The position numbers and the translations under genes were made by a program. This document shows, in pieces, positions 1 to 10,386 of a DNA stretch of 50,713 nt; the first letter of the stretch is position 1; every line of letters begins with the position of its first letter. Below the pieces are notes generated by a model. It worked only from the letters and a program-made list of their open reading frames with translations. It did not search any database and was not told the DNA's origin. This stretch comes from Salisapilia sapeloensis CBS 127946 (lineage: Eukaryota > Protista > Oomycota): positions 1-50,713 of the forward strand of contig JAADVB010000133.1 of assembly GCA_023334545.1 (NCBI GenBank), given 5' to 3'.

Positions 1-10
1 ATACGCAGTC

Positions 11-41
11 GGACATTTGGACATTGGACATTTGGACATTT
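11..41 (+). repeat. GGACATT(T) tandem repeat, 4 copies, with degenerate copies to ~60; lies in the SWEET intron
   Basis: ggacattt-ggacatt-ggacattt-ggacattt read directly from the sequence. Confidence 0.85.
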
Positions 42-67
42 GGGCATGCAGACACTTGGAGACGTAC

Positions 68-231
68 CACATGTGATTGACGATCCAGAGCGTGGCGAGC
101 GGCAGGATGGACACTCGGTCCGTCGACTTGGTCCGCAGCACTGAGTACATCGACCGGCCTGGACTGAGTGCCAGGAGCAGCGCCGCGGTGGAGGCGAGGG
201 TTTCGACGATAACGAGCGCAGTGTCCGTCAT
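68..231 (-). CDS. SWEET: SWEET (MtN3/saliva) sugar transporter, first exon only; gene runs off the window start
   Basis: Not in the ORF track (<60 aa). ATG at 231 gives MTDTALVIVETLASTAALLLALSPGRSMYSVLRTKSTDRVSILPLATLWIVNHM(W), followed by donor GTACGT at 67. This matches the MtN3 repeat-1 pattern (hydrophobic helix, SP, KST..VS.LP, N..W). Confidence 0.85.
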
Positions 232-739
232 TTCGAGCAGGAGACATAGGGATTGTCAACTATTCGACCACCTGAATACCACATCATGGGCAACTCTCAA
301 ATCATTCATGCGAATGCTCCATTGAATAAATAGAAATGTTTCGACTCACTCGGACAGAGCACTTACATGGTATGCTGTCGTAACGGCGTTCAAGACACAA
401 CATACTTGACACTTCATTCCTCCCGGAAGTGATGGACATCTTTCGTACACTCAAATTTAATTTTGACCCACCAAAGCGACATTTATGCAAATCACACAAA
501 ATTCTAATCTATATTTCAATGTTCCATCTCTTCGATAACCGAGTACAAACAAGCATCGACGCATATCCCCCATGTAGAAAATAAGTACCTCCTCTTCCTT
601 TTAACAATTTACTCTACTAATTCGTACCTTTTAAGTAATATCTATCTCTGATTGGGTCATTTGAATCAAATTGCCTCCGCCACCCTTTCGAGCTAATAAC
701 ACGTCGGCGGCAAAAGCGACGATCCAGTGCTCTCGTTCG

Positions 740-3700
740 ATGGAGGCGCCTGAAGAAGAGGAACGGTCTCGTTCCGAGCGTTTACTAAAAGGGTTGCAAG
801 AAGCCAAGACCAGGGTCGATCAGGTGCACGTCGAGGACGCTAAACACCCGGATTTGTACGACCAACTGACGACACAAGCAGAGCCACAAAACTACTTTTT
901 CGAGCCATACGCGACGCAGTGGTGCCCACAGGTCGTGAAAAAAGGATCTGTCATCCCATTGCCTTCCGTCGTTGGCAATGCATTAGGAGATGCACAGACA
1001 TTGACGCTTTCAGGACTACTACCTGCTCTCGACGCCGCGTGGACGTCCATCGACACTAAGTTTTACTTGTGGAGTTATCGTGATCGTTCTCGTTTCGCTA
1101 GTTTCCAATTCGACCAAGCTGTTGTATCTGCTGCATTATGTCTACGTCCAAAGCCGGGTGTCTTCACAGACAAGGTGCAGCATGTCATTGCGGTCGCAAC
1201 GACCGTCGAAGTCGTTCTCCTTGCACTCGTCTTTGACGGAGATGACCCGGAGAAGGGAAACTTTAAATTGCAACGGACGAAACTTAGTGTGAGTACGGAC
1301 GACTGCCTCGTCCGACGTCTATTGCCTACACGTAACGGCCGAATCTTCTTTGGTGGCTCTGACGGTGGTCTCTACGAGCTTCAGTACGGCTCCGACGCTT
1401 CTATCAAGGGCGCAGGGTACATTACGAGCTTGCTTCCCCTCTCTTTCTTACACAAGCCGTGCCGTAAAGTCGCTCATACGTCCACGTACGCCAACTACTT
1501 GCCTTCTTTCCTCATGGCCTTGGCGGGTGCTCCAGGCAAGCTTCGGGACTTTGCGCTTGACGACACTCGTCAGATCTTGTATGCTCTGCACGAGTCTGGA
1601 CAGGTGACTGTCTTTGATTTAGGTGTTGACGGCATGCAGACGAAGACGGTCGGATCGTTGGATTTATTGGCTGCGAGTGCCAAGTATGCGCGTCAGAATC
1701 GACGTACGCATGTGTCTTGTCCGGATGAACGTCTGTTCCAGAATGGGAGTATGCAGGTCGTGTCTCTAGCGGTGATTCCAACGGATGAGTCTGCCTTTGT
1801 GACGCTTGTTGCGACGACCTCAAATAGTTTGCGCTTGTACATGACTGTGTATGCTCGACACGCGTACTCGATGGGTAGCAGCATTCCCATTACAGTGCGT
1901 CCTTCGCGCATCGAAGTGGTGCACGTGCGTCTACCTCCACCTTCCATCCAGCTAGCTGACGCGCCTCCGTATCACAGTAAAGAAGGCATGCAGCCTGGTG
2001 TGGCACCAGGAAAGACGCCGTCCAACGTTCACGTGACGTTCCATCGCCACGGCGTCTTCCTCGTCGTGGACGGGCGAAAGGACGACGAAGACCAATTGGT
2101 AGAAATCGCACATGATCCAGTCGCATCTACGTCCGTCGCATCTACTAGAAAGACAGCTATTAGAGAGTCTGTCTCGACGGACTCTTGTGCTGGTAAAGTC
2201 GTCGATATCCAGGAACTTCCCATCACATTCCATCGAGCTTCCTTTGCTGCATCCATTGGTCCTGTGACTGGTAAAAAGCGCAACTTTGACGAAATGTCTA
2301 GTACAGCTACGACGTCAGGCGAGTCAGTCGAGATTCTAGGTGAAATGGCGCGACAGTTCTACGAACCATCGAGGCACTTTTTGTGTCTAACGCACGCCGG
2401 CATTCAACTCATGAAGAAAGTGCGTCCGATTGATCAGCTCCATCGGACGTTAGTCGAGTCTCGAGGTGGCAATCTACGCGTGACGCTCGCACCGTTCGTT
2501 CGTAGCTTTGGAGAGATTCAAGTCGTTAGTATGCTGCTAGGACTCGCGTGTGGTGTCTCGAGCGATCCGCTGACGAATGAAGCTGCGACAGCGTCTTTGA
2601 TTCATCGTCGAGGAGGCTTTAAAAGCGACGAATACATCTTTGCAGCCGCGGTGCAAGGTATCTTTGAATGCTGCCAAGGTCCTTCCACGACGTCCGAACA
2701 GCCGACGCAGACGCATGAAGCTGATGCATCCAGCACTCGTATCGTCCTCACGACGGAATTAGGTATGTCGTACCAACACGATGGACTGCTTGTCTTTGTC
2801 AGTCGCGTCTTGCGTCCTTTGTGGAGGCCCAAGACTGTTGGCATCAAGACTCCTGCCGGTGTCTTTGCTCCACGTCAATCGGCGGACGATCTGGATGAAA
2901 CGCGTGAAGTCTTGTACCAGCTCCGACAGCTTCTAGAGCGTAGTGGCCCGTATGCTGTGGCGATTGGAAATGCATCGATGAATGATCAGAGTCACATGGA
3001 AGGTGTCCACGACTCGAACGGAGTGTCTCGCGTCGCGCAATTAACGATGAAGCACCAGCAGTCTCGTTCTGAAGACCAGCTCCGTCGTGAGCTTCGTGCC
3101 AAGTCGGAGCAGCAGTCGCTCTTCTGTATTTATCGCCTTGTCCTTCGATCCATCGAAGCCATCTCGTTGCTACGTCTCTCGATGCAGTACAGCGTTCCTC
3201 TAGATGAATCTCTTGCGAATCTTGCGTTTGGAGACTTTGTCGCATCGAATGATGGGTCCATGGCATGCAAAGGCATGGTCAAGGCGTTAATGAAGGGCAG
3301 AGAAGAGAATAACGAGTACCTCGTGAAACAGCTTCGTGAGCAGTGTCCGTCGTACTTTAGCGTCAGCGATTTGTACCACTACCAAGGCTACAAGAGTCTC
3401 GCGAATGCCAAGTTGAGTAACGCTGGACAGCGATTAACACTCGCACAAGAGTCTTTGACACAGTTTTTGAACTCTTGTCATATGTGGGACTCGGAAGACT
3501 GCGTTCCGGTGTTACAGTCCATCTGTGAAGACTATGCGATGCTCCAGTTCTACGAAGGTGTCGTTAAGCTGTCGCTTGCTTGCGCCAAGAACTTTGATAA
3601 GGGCGAGGACTTGAGTGGCGGGAAAGTGACATGGAAACGAAATTGCTTTGGCGTGATCTTGCTAGCGCTGCAGCGACTCTTGTCAGGCGAAGCGAGTGTT

Positions 3701-5119
3701 CGGCAGAGCCCGCAAACTGTGGATGAGCTCGTGCGTCTGGATGATGAGACGAAAGAGCGTTGTATCAGCGACGTCTTCCTCTACTCGCTAGCATCGGACG
3801 ATCAGGACTTTCATGAACTCTTGTACACGTGGCTGTACGAGAACAATCACCACGAGAGACTGGTGAATCTAGACTCGACGCACGTGGAAGAGTTCTTAAA
3901 AGCGAAAGACCAGGACCTGCTCATTCGACTCTACATGCGCCAGCGCAAGTACCTTGAAGCAGCCAAGGTCTGGTGGGCGAGAGGCATTGCGGATAGTGTG
4001 AATGGCAGTCCGGATCTACCGAAGAGACAGTACTATTTGACCAAGTCTCTCGGATGCCTGAAGAGTCTGGAGGAGACGGGCAAGGTCGCGGATGCTTTGA
4101 ACGCCGTGCGAGGAGCGTTGGAGCTGCTGCAGCTCCAGATGCGCGTGCTACAGAGTCTGGAACAGAGCACGAGCGACTTACAGGCGGCTGGTGGATCTCC
4201 TGACGACATTCGTAGCCGCCAAGAAGATCTGAAACGACTCATGCTGGAACAGGTAGATGCATCGGCGCTCTACAACGAATTCGCGTATCGATACGACATG
4301 TGGTCGGAGTGTCTCCACATCATCCACTCGTGCCAATCGGAAGAAGAGGACGTTGTCCATACGCTCTGGCGTAAAATCATCTTTAGCACCGTGCCTGGAT
4401 CCACTAACTCGAGTGCGTTCAATGCGTGGCGGACGGAGCAATGTGGACTCGCTGGTATCTCGACGGATTATGCTGGCACGAGTTCCTTTGAAGGTGGCGT
4501 CTGGATCGGACAGCTTCAGTCCAAGCTACTGCATTTGGGTAAAGCTCTGCTGAGTGATGCGTTTGATCGGCATTCCGCATCCAACTCGAGTACACCTGGC
4601 GTTGTTTTCCCTGTGAGCTTCTTGGCGAAAGAGCTGGAGCACATTTCGTCGTGGTACTTGAAACTGAGCGACCTGCCATCCTTTGCGTCGCCGACATCGT
4701 CCTTGGACTCAGCCATGTTCAACTGGGTGCTAAAGCTCTTTTTGGACGTTGGTGTCGCCCACCGAGACTTGTTGAATTATTATGAACAAATCTATCGGGA
4801 ACAAGGATCCGTCCAATGGACACTCCACTTGCTTCGCTCGATTTACACCATTTTGATCCAGTGGAAGAAATTCGCGAGTTCGCCAAGGGCTGGCAAGGAC
4901 AGTCTAGACGACTTTGTCGCTTGCTGCCCGCACATGGTAAACCTGTGTGACGACTTTATCATTGATTTACAAGCCCTCCCACAAGGTACTTTTGTTACTA
5001 GACGTAGGAAGAATGTGTTTTCTGATGCAATTGTAGATGATGGCACGTTGACAAGCAATTTGCTGGACCAGTACCGCCGATTTAAAAAGGAGTTGCTTCA
5101 TTTAGGTCGAAGCATGTAG
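740..5119 (+). CDS. NUP155: Nucleoporin Nup155/Nup170
   Basis: ~1450-aa ORF. The ORF-track start at 671 is TTG; the first ATG is at 740. It has the N-terminal beta-propeller motifs (AWTSIDTKFYLW, KPGVF, GRIFFG, LYELQY) and an alpha-solenoid C-terminal half. A probable in-frame 51-nt intron lies at 4986-5036. Confidence 0.93.
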   Translation: MEAPEEEERSRSERLLKGLQEAKTRVDQVHVEDAKHPDLYDQLTTQAEPQNYFFEPYATQWCPQVVKKGSVIPLPSVVGNALGDAQTLTLSGLLPALDAAWTSIDTKFYLWSYRDRSRFASFQFDQAVVSAALCLRPKPGVFTDKVQHVIAVATTVEVVLLALVFDGDDPEKGNFKLQRTKLSVSTDDCLVRRLLPTRNGRIFFGGSDGGLYELQYGSDASIKGAGYITSLLPLSFLHKPCRKVAHTSTYANYLPSFLMALAGAPGKLRDFALDDTRQILYALHESGQVTVFDLGVDGMQTKTVGSLDLLAASAKYARQNRRTHVSCPDERLFQNGSMQVVSLAVIPTDESAFVTLVATTSNSLRLYMTVYARHAYSMGSSIPITVRPSRIEVVHVRLPPPSIQLADAPPYHSKEGMQPGVAPGKTPSNVHVTFHRHGVFLVVDGRKDDEDQLVEIAHDPVASTSVASTRKTAIRESVSTDSCAGKVVDIQELPITFHRASFAASIGPVTGKKRNFDEMSSTATTSGESVEILGEMARQFYEPSRHFLCLTHAGIQLMKKVRPIDQLHRTLVESRGGNLRVTLAPFVRSFGEIQVVSMLLGLACGVSSDPLTNEAATASLIHRRGGFKSDEYIFAAAVQGIFECCQGPSTTSEQPTQTHEADASSTRIVLTTELGMSYQHDGLLVFVSRVLRPLWRPKTVGIKTPAGVFAPRQSADDLDETREVLYQLRQLLERSGPYAVAIGNASMNDQSHMEGVHDSNGVSRVAQLTMKHQQSRSEDQLRRELRAKSEQQSLFCIYRLVLRSIEAISLLRLSMQYSVPLDESLANLAFGDFVASNDGSMACKGMVKALMKGREENNEYLVKQLREQCPSYFSVSDLYHYQGYKSLANAKLSNAGQRLTLAQESLTQFLNSCHMWDSEDCVPVLQSICEDYAMLQFYEGVVKLSLACAKNFDKGEDLSGGKVTWKRNCFGVILLALQRLLSGEASVRQSPQTVDELVRLDDETKERCISDVFLYSLASDDQDFHELLYTWLYENNHHERLVNLDSTHVEEFLKAKDQDLLIRLYMRQRKYLEAAKVWWARGIADSVNGSPDLPKRQYYLTKSLGCLKSLEETGKVADALNAVRGALELLQLQMRVLQSLEQSTSDLQAAGGSPDDIRSRQEDLKRLMLEQVDASALYNEFAYRYDMWSECLHIIHSCQSEEEDVVHTLWRKIIFSTVPGSTNSSAFNAWRTEQCGLAGISTDYAGTSSFEGGVWIGQLQSKLLHLGKALLSDAFDRHSASNSSTPGVVFPVSFLAKELEHISSWYLKLSDLPSFASPTSSLDSAMFNWVLKLFLDVGVAHRDLLNYYEQIYREQGSVQWTLHLLRSIYTILIQWKKFASSPRAGKDSLDDFVACCPHMVNLCDDFIIDLQALPQGTFVTRRRKNVFSDAIVDDGTLTSNLLDQYRRFKKELLHLGRSM

Positions 5120-5297
5120 ACACGTTATCTGGACGATGGACAGGATGATCCGGTGGGAGTAATAAATAGGAGCTCGGTTGGACCTCAGACACTTTTCCTC
5201 AAGTCGTTTTTGTATATTCCAAGCTACAATTAAACACTACTTCTCTCCTTTATGGGGCTCTTAACTATCCACATCGGGTGCGTCTAGTATATATCGA

Positions 5298-6516
5298 CTA
5301 AAAGCGCTGCATGGATAGTTTCATGTGCACGGCGCCCGTATCGACCATCTCTGGCTCATTCTCAGACCCGCGCTTCTTGCCAGCACCAACCGACATGGCT
5401 GAGTGTCGGACCATCGAACCGAAACCTCGTACCGGTCGCGAGACAACGCCGACCATACCTGCTCCCATGCCTTTCGCAAGTCCTCCAATACCATTCGCCT
5501 TAGCTCCGTTCACAGGTTCTTTCCATACACCCTTGATTCCTTTGTAGAACCCTCTACCAACACCTTCAGCCCCTGCCATCAAGTGCTCACTAAAGTTGGA
5601 AGCCCACTCTTTTGGCATTTGCAAAGGTATCCATTCATCTCTTGCTGTATCGCCTGTGGGGTCATCACTGGACACTTGGGAAGGGAGTTCTTGGAGCATA
5701 GCTGTGGTCACGACGCCAGTGCCCATCAGTCGATCGGAACGTAGTTTATGCCGATCAAGCACTTCGATTAGAAGAGGCGACTTGCCATCCCATGACAGCA
5801 TCAGCTTCTGGTTCGCCCATCGAGGATTAGCATCCTTGTGGACGTGAGGACTAGAGATGGATTGCTCGCCTAGACTTAGACGTACGTAGGGGCTAGATTT
5901 GTCACTGACACCCACTGGTACGAGGTTGGCTGCTTCGATCAAGTCGATGACTACGATACCGACGTACTCGACCATGCCGTGAGATTTGGCGGTAGCACTT
6001 GAACTTTTCCTACGATTCGGAGAAGAGGATCGCCTCATGCTAAACGGAGATTGTGGAGATTTTGCAAATGACTGCGCGTGCTGTGGACTACCAGTCTGAA
6101 AGTATCGATGCTGGTACTTGTCGACGATAAAGCTTTCCCTTTGGTCACGAGTAGACCTTTCATCCGGTTTCATCGCTTGTGACGGGAGGTTGGACTCAAG
6201 GAGACGATTGACCTCAGCATTGCCCACTTGGTCGACTTTGTCAATTTGCTCTGCCTATGTTCTCGTCCGATTAGAATATCATACACAGAAATCTAAAGGA
6301 ATGGACTGTACGCACGGTCCACTTGTCGAGAGTGCAGCTTAGGACGAAGGAGATGTGCACGCCGAGTGAGCGATGCACACCGGCGCATTGGGTGCATATG
6401 AAGCAGCCAAGAGATACGGAGGCCCATTTCGGCATTTCGGCATTGCAGTCCGCGCAATGGGTATTCTCCGGTCGAGACAGTATTTCTGAAAGTCGTGCTT
6501 GATAACTTGCGTCCAT
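5298..6516 (-). CDS. ArfGAP + C2 domain protein (AGD12/ZAC-like) with a C-terminal ATG2/VPS13 'ATG_C'-like Gly-rich amphipathic segment; 385 aa
   Basis: Exons 6316-6516 and 5298-6254, with a 61-nt GT-AG intron. ArfGAP CADC-x16-CTQC...HRSLGVHIS...LDKW is joined across the intron to AEQIDKVDQVGNAE. C2 domain: VGIVVIDLIEAANL...SSPYV...LMGTG. C-terminus: GAEGVGRGFYKGIKGVWKEPVNGAKANGIGGLAKGMGAGMVGVVSRPV. Confidence 0.88.
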
Positions 6517-7143
6517 CCCATTACCAGGTGACGTCGTGGTCGGTGTCGAAGATGCAGTCGTGTCTAGCGTTTCTATTGCGTAATTATTGTAGGAGGAAGG
6601 AGAGATGGTACAGAGTATGGGAGGAACCGTTGTCAGTGTCACAAGTATTTCTTTCGAGGTCTTCCTGGCGTCCTGCCATTCTTATCTATGGAGTACTAGC
6701 GTCCTCAGACTGTACCCACTCTGCCAATCAGACTGGACGGAACGAAAGGGGGTATTGCCCATCAAGATAATAGAAAGGGTGGTACGTCATTGGAAAATAG
6801 TAAAATGTTCATGAAGAAACGTACAATCCTATCTACACTTGCTGCATGACCTACCAACATCTCGTATCATCTTCTTAACAAATTATATTCGCCACCTCGG
6901 CGGCAGAGAAACCCGGCTGAAAAACATCTTATTTGTTTCGCCCGTTCGGATTGAAAACGGACGCAAGTGGCATCTTGGCAGCCGCTCTGGATACTTGCCA
7001 TCTTCTTCTCAGTCGATTTCACGTGCATTTACACCAGTCCAAGTGACTCTTCGGAACGCAGCATCGCAATTTATTTGACTAGACTATTGCAAAGAACTGG
7101 AGATAAAGAAAGCTGACAAGGACGTTGAGTGAAAGAGAAAAGC

Positions 7144-10100
7144 ATGAGCAGCGAACATGTACAGCCCCACCGGAAGAAGCGACGCTTGGACGACATGGAG
7201 CCGTACTCGTACTCGAGCCCGAGGGTACGACGTCTCTCAACTACGCATCGTCCTCGTAGCTCGCTCGATGAACGCATCGGACTGCCGTTGCCAAGTACAC
7301 CTACTCAAGATACACCATCGTTTCCAGCTATCTTTATGCCTTCCTTCGGTATCACGGAGCAGACTACAGCTAGCAATGCCAATGCACCAGAAGCAGTTTC
7401 TTTACCGACGTATGACCACTTGCAAGTCGTAGAGAAGATCGACAATGCGACTACCGTGCAAGATGAAAATGAGAATCCACCAGTAATGCCACAACCATCG
7501 GAACTAGAGAAGACTACGGGCAATCCTACATCAAACACAGGTGAGGGAGAGATACAAAAGTCCAAACAAAAGCGGAAAAAGACAGCGAATTCACCAGAGC
7601 GACTGGTACGTCCAGTTCCTAAACGACTTCGATCGCTCTCCTACCCGACACCCGTACCTGCTCAGATCTTTCAATCCTCTTATTCACATGTACCCAGTTC
7701 TTCTTCTTGTTTCTGTGTAATAGTCTAACGCTATGGTGATAGAGACCAACCGTGAATAGTAATAGTACTTGGAATGATGAAACACTCTCCATCTCGTCTA
7801 GTGCTGTCATACTCCAGCACAAGTCTCATAGTCCGTTAAGCAAAGCTGAATCTGCTCCAATATCCACAATGCATGATAAAACGCAGGAGTACGAGGCCAA
7901 AGTAGACGCGATGAGAAATCCAAATAACAAGCTATCGGAGCCTATGCTTGCAGCCAAAGAGAGTGTCTTAAATGATGAACCGACTCTTATTGATGACCAA
8001 AACAACGACGAGGACGAGGAATTAAAGGATTCACAGGACTGCTTTAAACAATTGAGTGTATCTCCAGGTCCATCGGAAGGTCTTAATGGACCACTACAGT
8101 TCGTACTAGGCGAATCAATCATGTCTACCTTGTCAGATGAACAGAAGAAGATGATAACGTCCAAAGGATTCAATCGATTCGACGTTTCTGAACCTGGTAC
8201 TTCCATGTCCATTGGCCGAGCAGACTTTGAAGGCATCTTGGCTGGCGGAAATGAGCGACATAGGAAGTTACTCGACCAATTAAGTTTGTCGCATGCTGTG
8301 ATCCACGTGTCTGCAATCGAAGGAGCGTCTGACACGAACCAAGTCGTTGTCCAAGTAGAAAACACAAGCTCCTTTGGTGTTCTTATCAATTCCGACTCGC
8401 AAGTGCCTCGAGGTGAACGAAGAGCAATTGATTTGAATGACATTGTGACACTTGCAGCCGTGCATGGAGAAGGTGACGACGTTCTATCGCTAAGTCTCGT
8501 CTTGCAACAAGTAGAATCGCCGTCTCGACCGCCATTCCTTTCGCCTATGCTTGTCAAGCCAGAAGTCGACAATCGCTCCGTGTCGACAGTGAAGACGGAA
8601 GTAGCTTCTTCAGACCAGACCATACTCGTCAGTCTGCCTTTGCGTCCAGGGCATCCTGCACCTGACTCACAGACAAGTGCTCTTGCAGGCATACCATCTA
8701 GTGCTTCCTTGAGTCAGAGCGGATGTGATGACATGCAGATGTTGAATGCTGTATCCGTCCGGAAGCTTTCTGTAAATGTACTTGTAGCAGATCCATTCAC
8801 ATCCATTGGAAAAGGGAAGAAGGGTGAGTCGACAGGGCATAAGGCGGAACATCAGTGCTATCGAGAGGCAGTGGAAGGACTCTTGTCACCATTCGCTTCC
8901 ACCAGTACGATTGACATTAACAGCAACGGATGTGCGACCGAGTCGGCACTTGGGAACGCTTTAACTGATGGAAGTGACATTACGGTCTACGCAGGTGATG
9001 GCGACAAATGCAAGATCATTGCAGAGGATGTGAATGGACTTCCGAAGCCACTGCGGAAACCAGAGCTATTGCAATTAGTGACACAAGCAACTTCCACGAG
9101 TTTACCTGGGAAGAAAGTGATCATCGTCTTTACGACGAATGCGCTTGCTGCCAACTTACTTGCAGAGTATGCGTTAGCTCATGTCATCTACATCAATTCT
9201 TCCTCCTCGTGTCGTCGTCGAGCGAGTGCTTTCTTACGAGCTTTTATTGCGTCCGTCGCTCGAGGGTATTCTGTCGAACGTAGCTACCGACTAGCGGAAT
9301 CGGTTGCTCTGTACGACACACTTTGCGACCTTCGAGCAGAAAAGAATCTGTGCAAGTTAATTGGAAAGACGAGTGAATCGCTTGGAAACGTCTTAGGTGA
9401 AAACGAGGAAAGTATGACACCACTTGGATGCGCGGAAAATGTCGCTGCGATGGATGCACTCTTAATTCCGTTGCTTACACCTCATTTCGTTGCGAGAGAA
9501 AAGGAAATGGGGAAGGTGATATCGAGCTTAAGGGCAGATAGGGAACAAGTGGTCGTTTTGCATGGAGAAGGAGGTATAGGGAAGACGTCGTTGGCGACCA
9601 AAGTAGCTCGATATGCAAGTGATCGAAAGTGGTATCGGAATGGTGTTCACTACATTTCATTGAAACAGCACGTAGATGACGTTCGAAGTGGTCGGAAAGG
9701 TGGGAAGAAGAAAAAGATTGGAGATGCCATGGAAGATGAAAGCATTGCTGAAGAAGCCATGCGGCGTGTTTTCAATGAAGTTGGAGGTTTACTATGGCTT
9801 GCATCAAGGTACTGGTGTTCTATATTATCTATCTGAACATACTAACTCTAGCGCATTGTAGTTATACACAGGATCCATCTAAAGCTGAACACAGCTACTC
9901 TACGCTACTAGTACTCGATGACTGTGATGAAGTCACGCAGAGTACGTTACGACAATTCACAGAGCAATTGACTGAATGTGATAAGGAGCTTCAGCTGCTG
10001 CTTTTATCCACGACGACACCTCGATTTGGACTCGGTCCAAAGCCTCGATCCAATGTCGCGAGACAACGTGTAAAGGGACTGTCATCTCGAGATGCAGCGG

Positions 10101-10374
10101 AGCTCTTTCTCACACTAGCTCAAAAGTTTCTTCCAAGAGAACGTATTCAAAAAGGTATGGGGAAGAATGTATGCTTTGAACTATAACATCTAACAAAGTA
10201 TATGATGCACTAGTCTTGACAGACGATCGGTTGAAGACAGTTGCCAAGCTACCTGCGTTATGCAGCTTGAAGGGCAATCCACGCAATATCTGTCTTCTAG
10301 TACACAAGTGGAAGGATGGATCGGACCTCCAACTGGAAGCACATGCGTCGGAAGTATTTCAGATGATCAAGTAG
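7144..10374 (+). CDS. NLR-like protein: disordered N-terminus, FHA domain, degenerate CHAT/caspase-like domain, NB-ARC-like STAND NTPase; 1021 aa
   Basis: Exons 7144-7689, 7743-9808, 9862-10154 and 10214-10374; introns of 53, 53 and 59 nt, all GT-AG and frame-preserving. FHA: IGR...SLSHA...NTSSFG. CHAT-like: ATESALGNAL...ITVYAGDG...IIAEDVNG...AHVIYI...AFLRAF...GYSV. NTPase: Walker A GEGGIGKT, Walker B LLVLDDCD, LSSRDAAELF, GNPRNI. Confidence 0.8.
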
Positions 10375-10386
10375 GCTTTCTATCTC

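Noticed and set aside
77-499. Track ORFs 77..325 (+) and 302..499 (-)
   Set aside because: The first is the antisense shadow of the SWEET exon; the second is promoter-region sequence with no recognisable motif.
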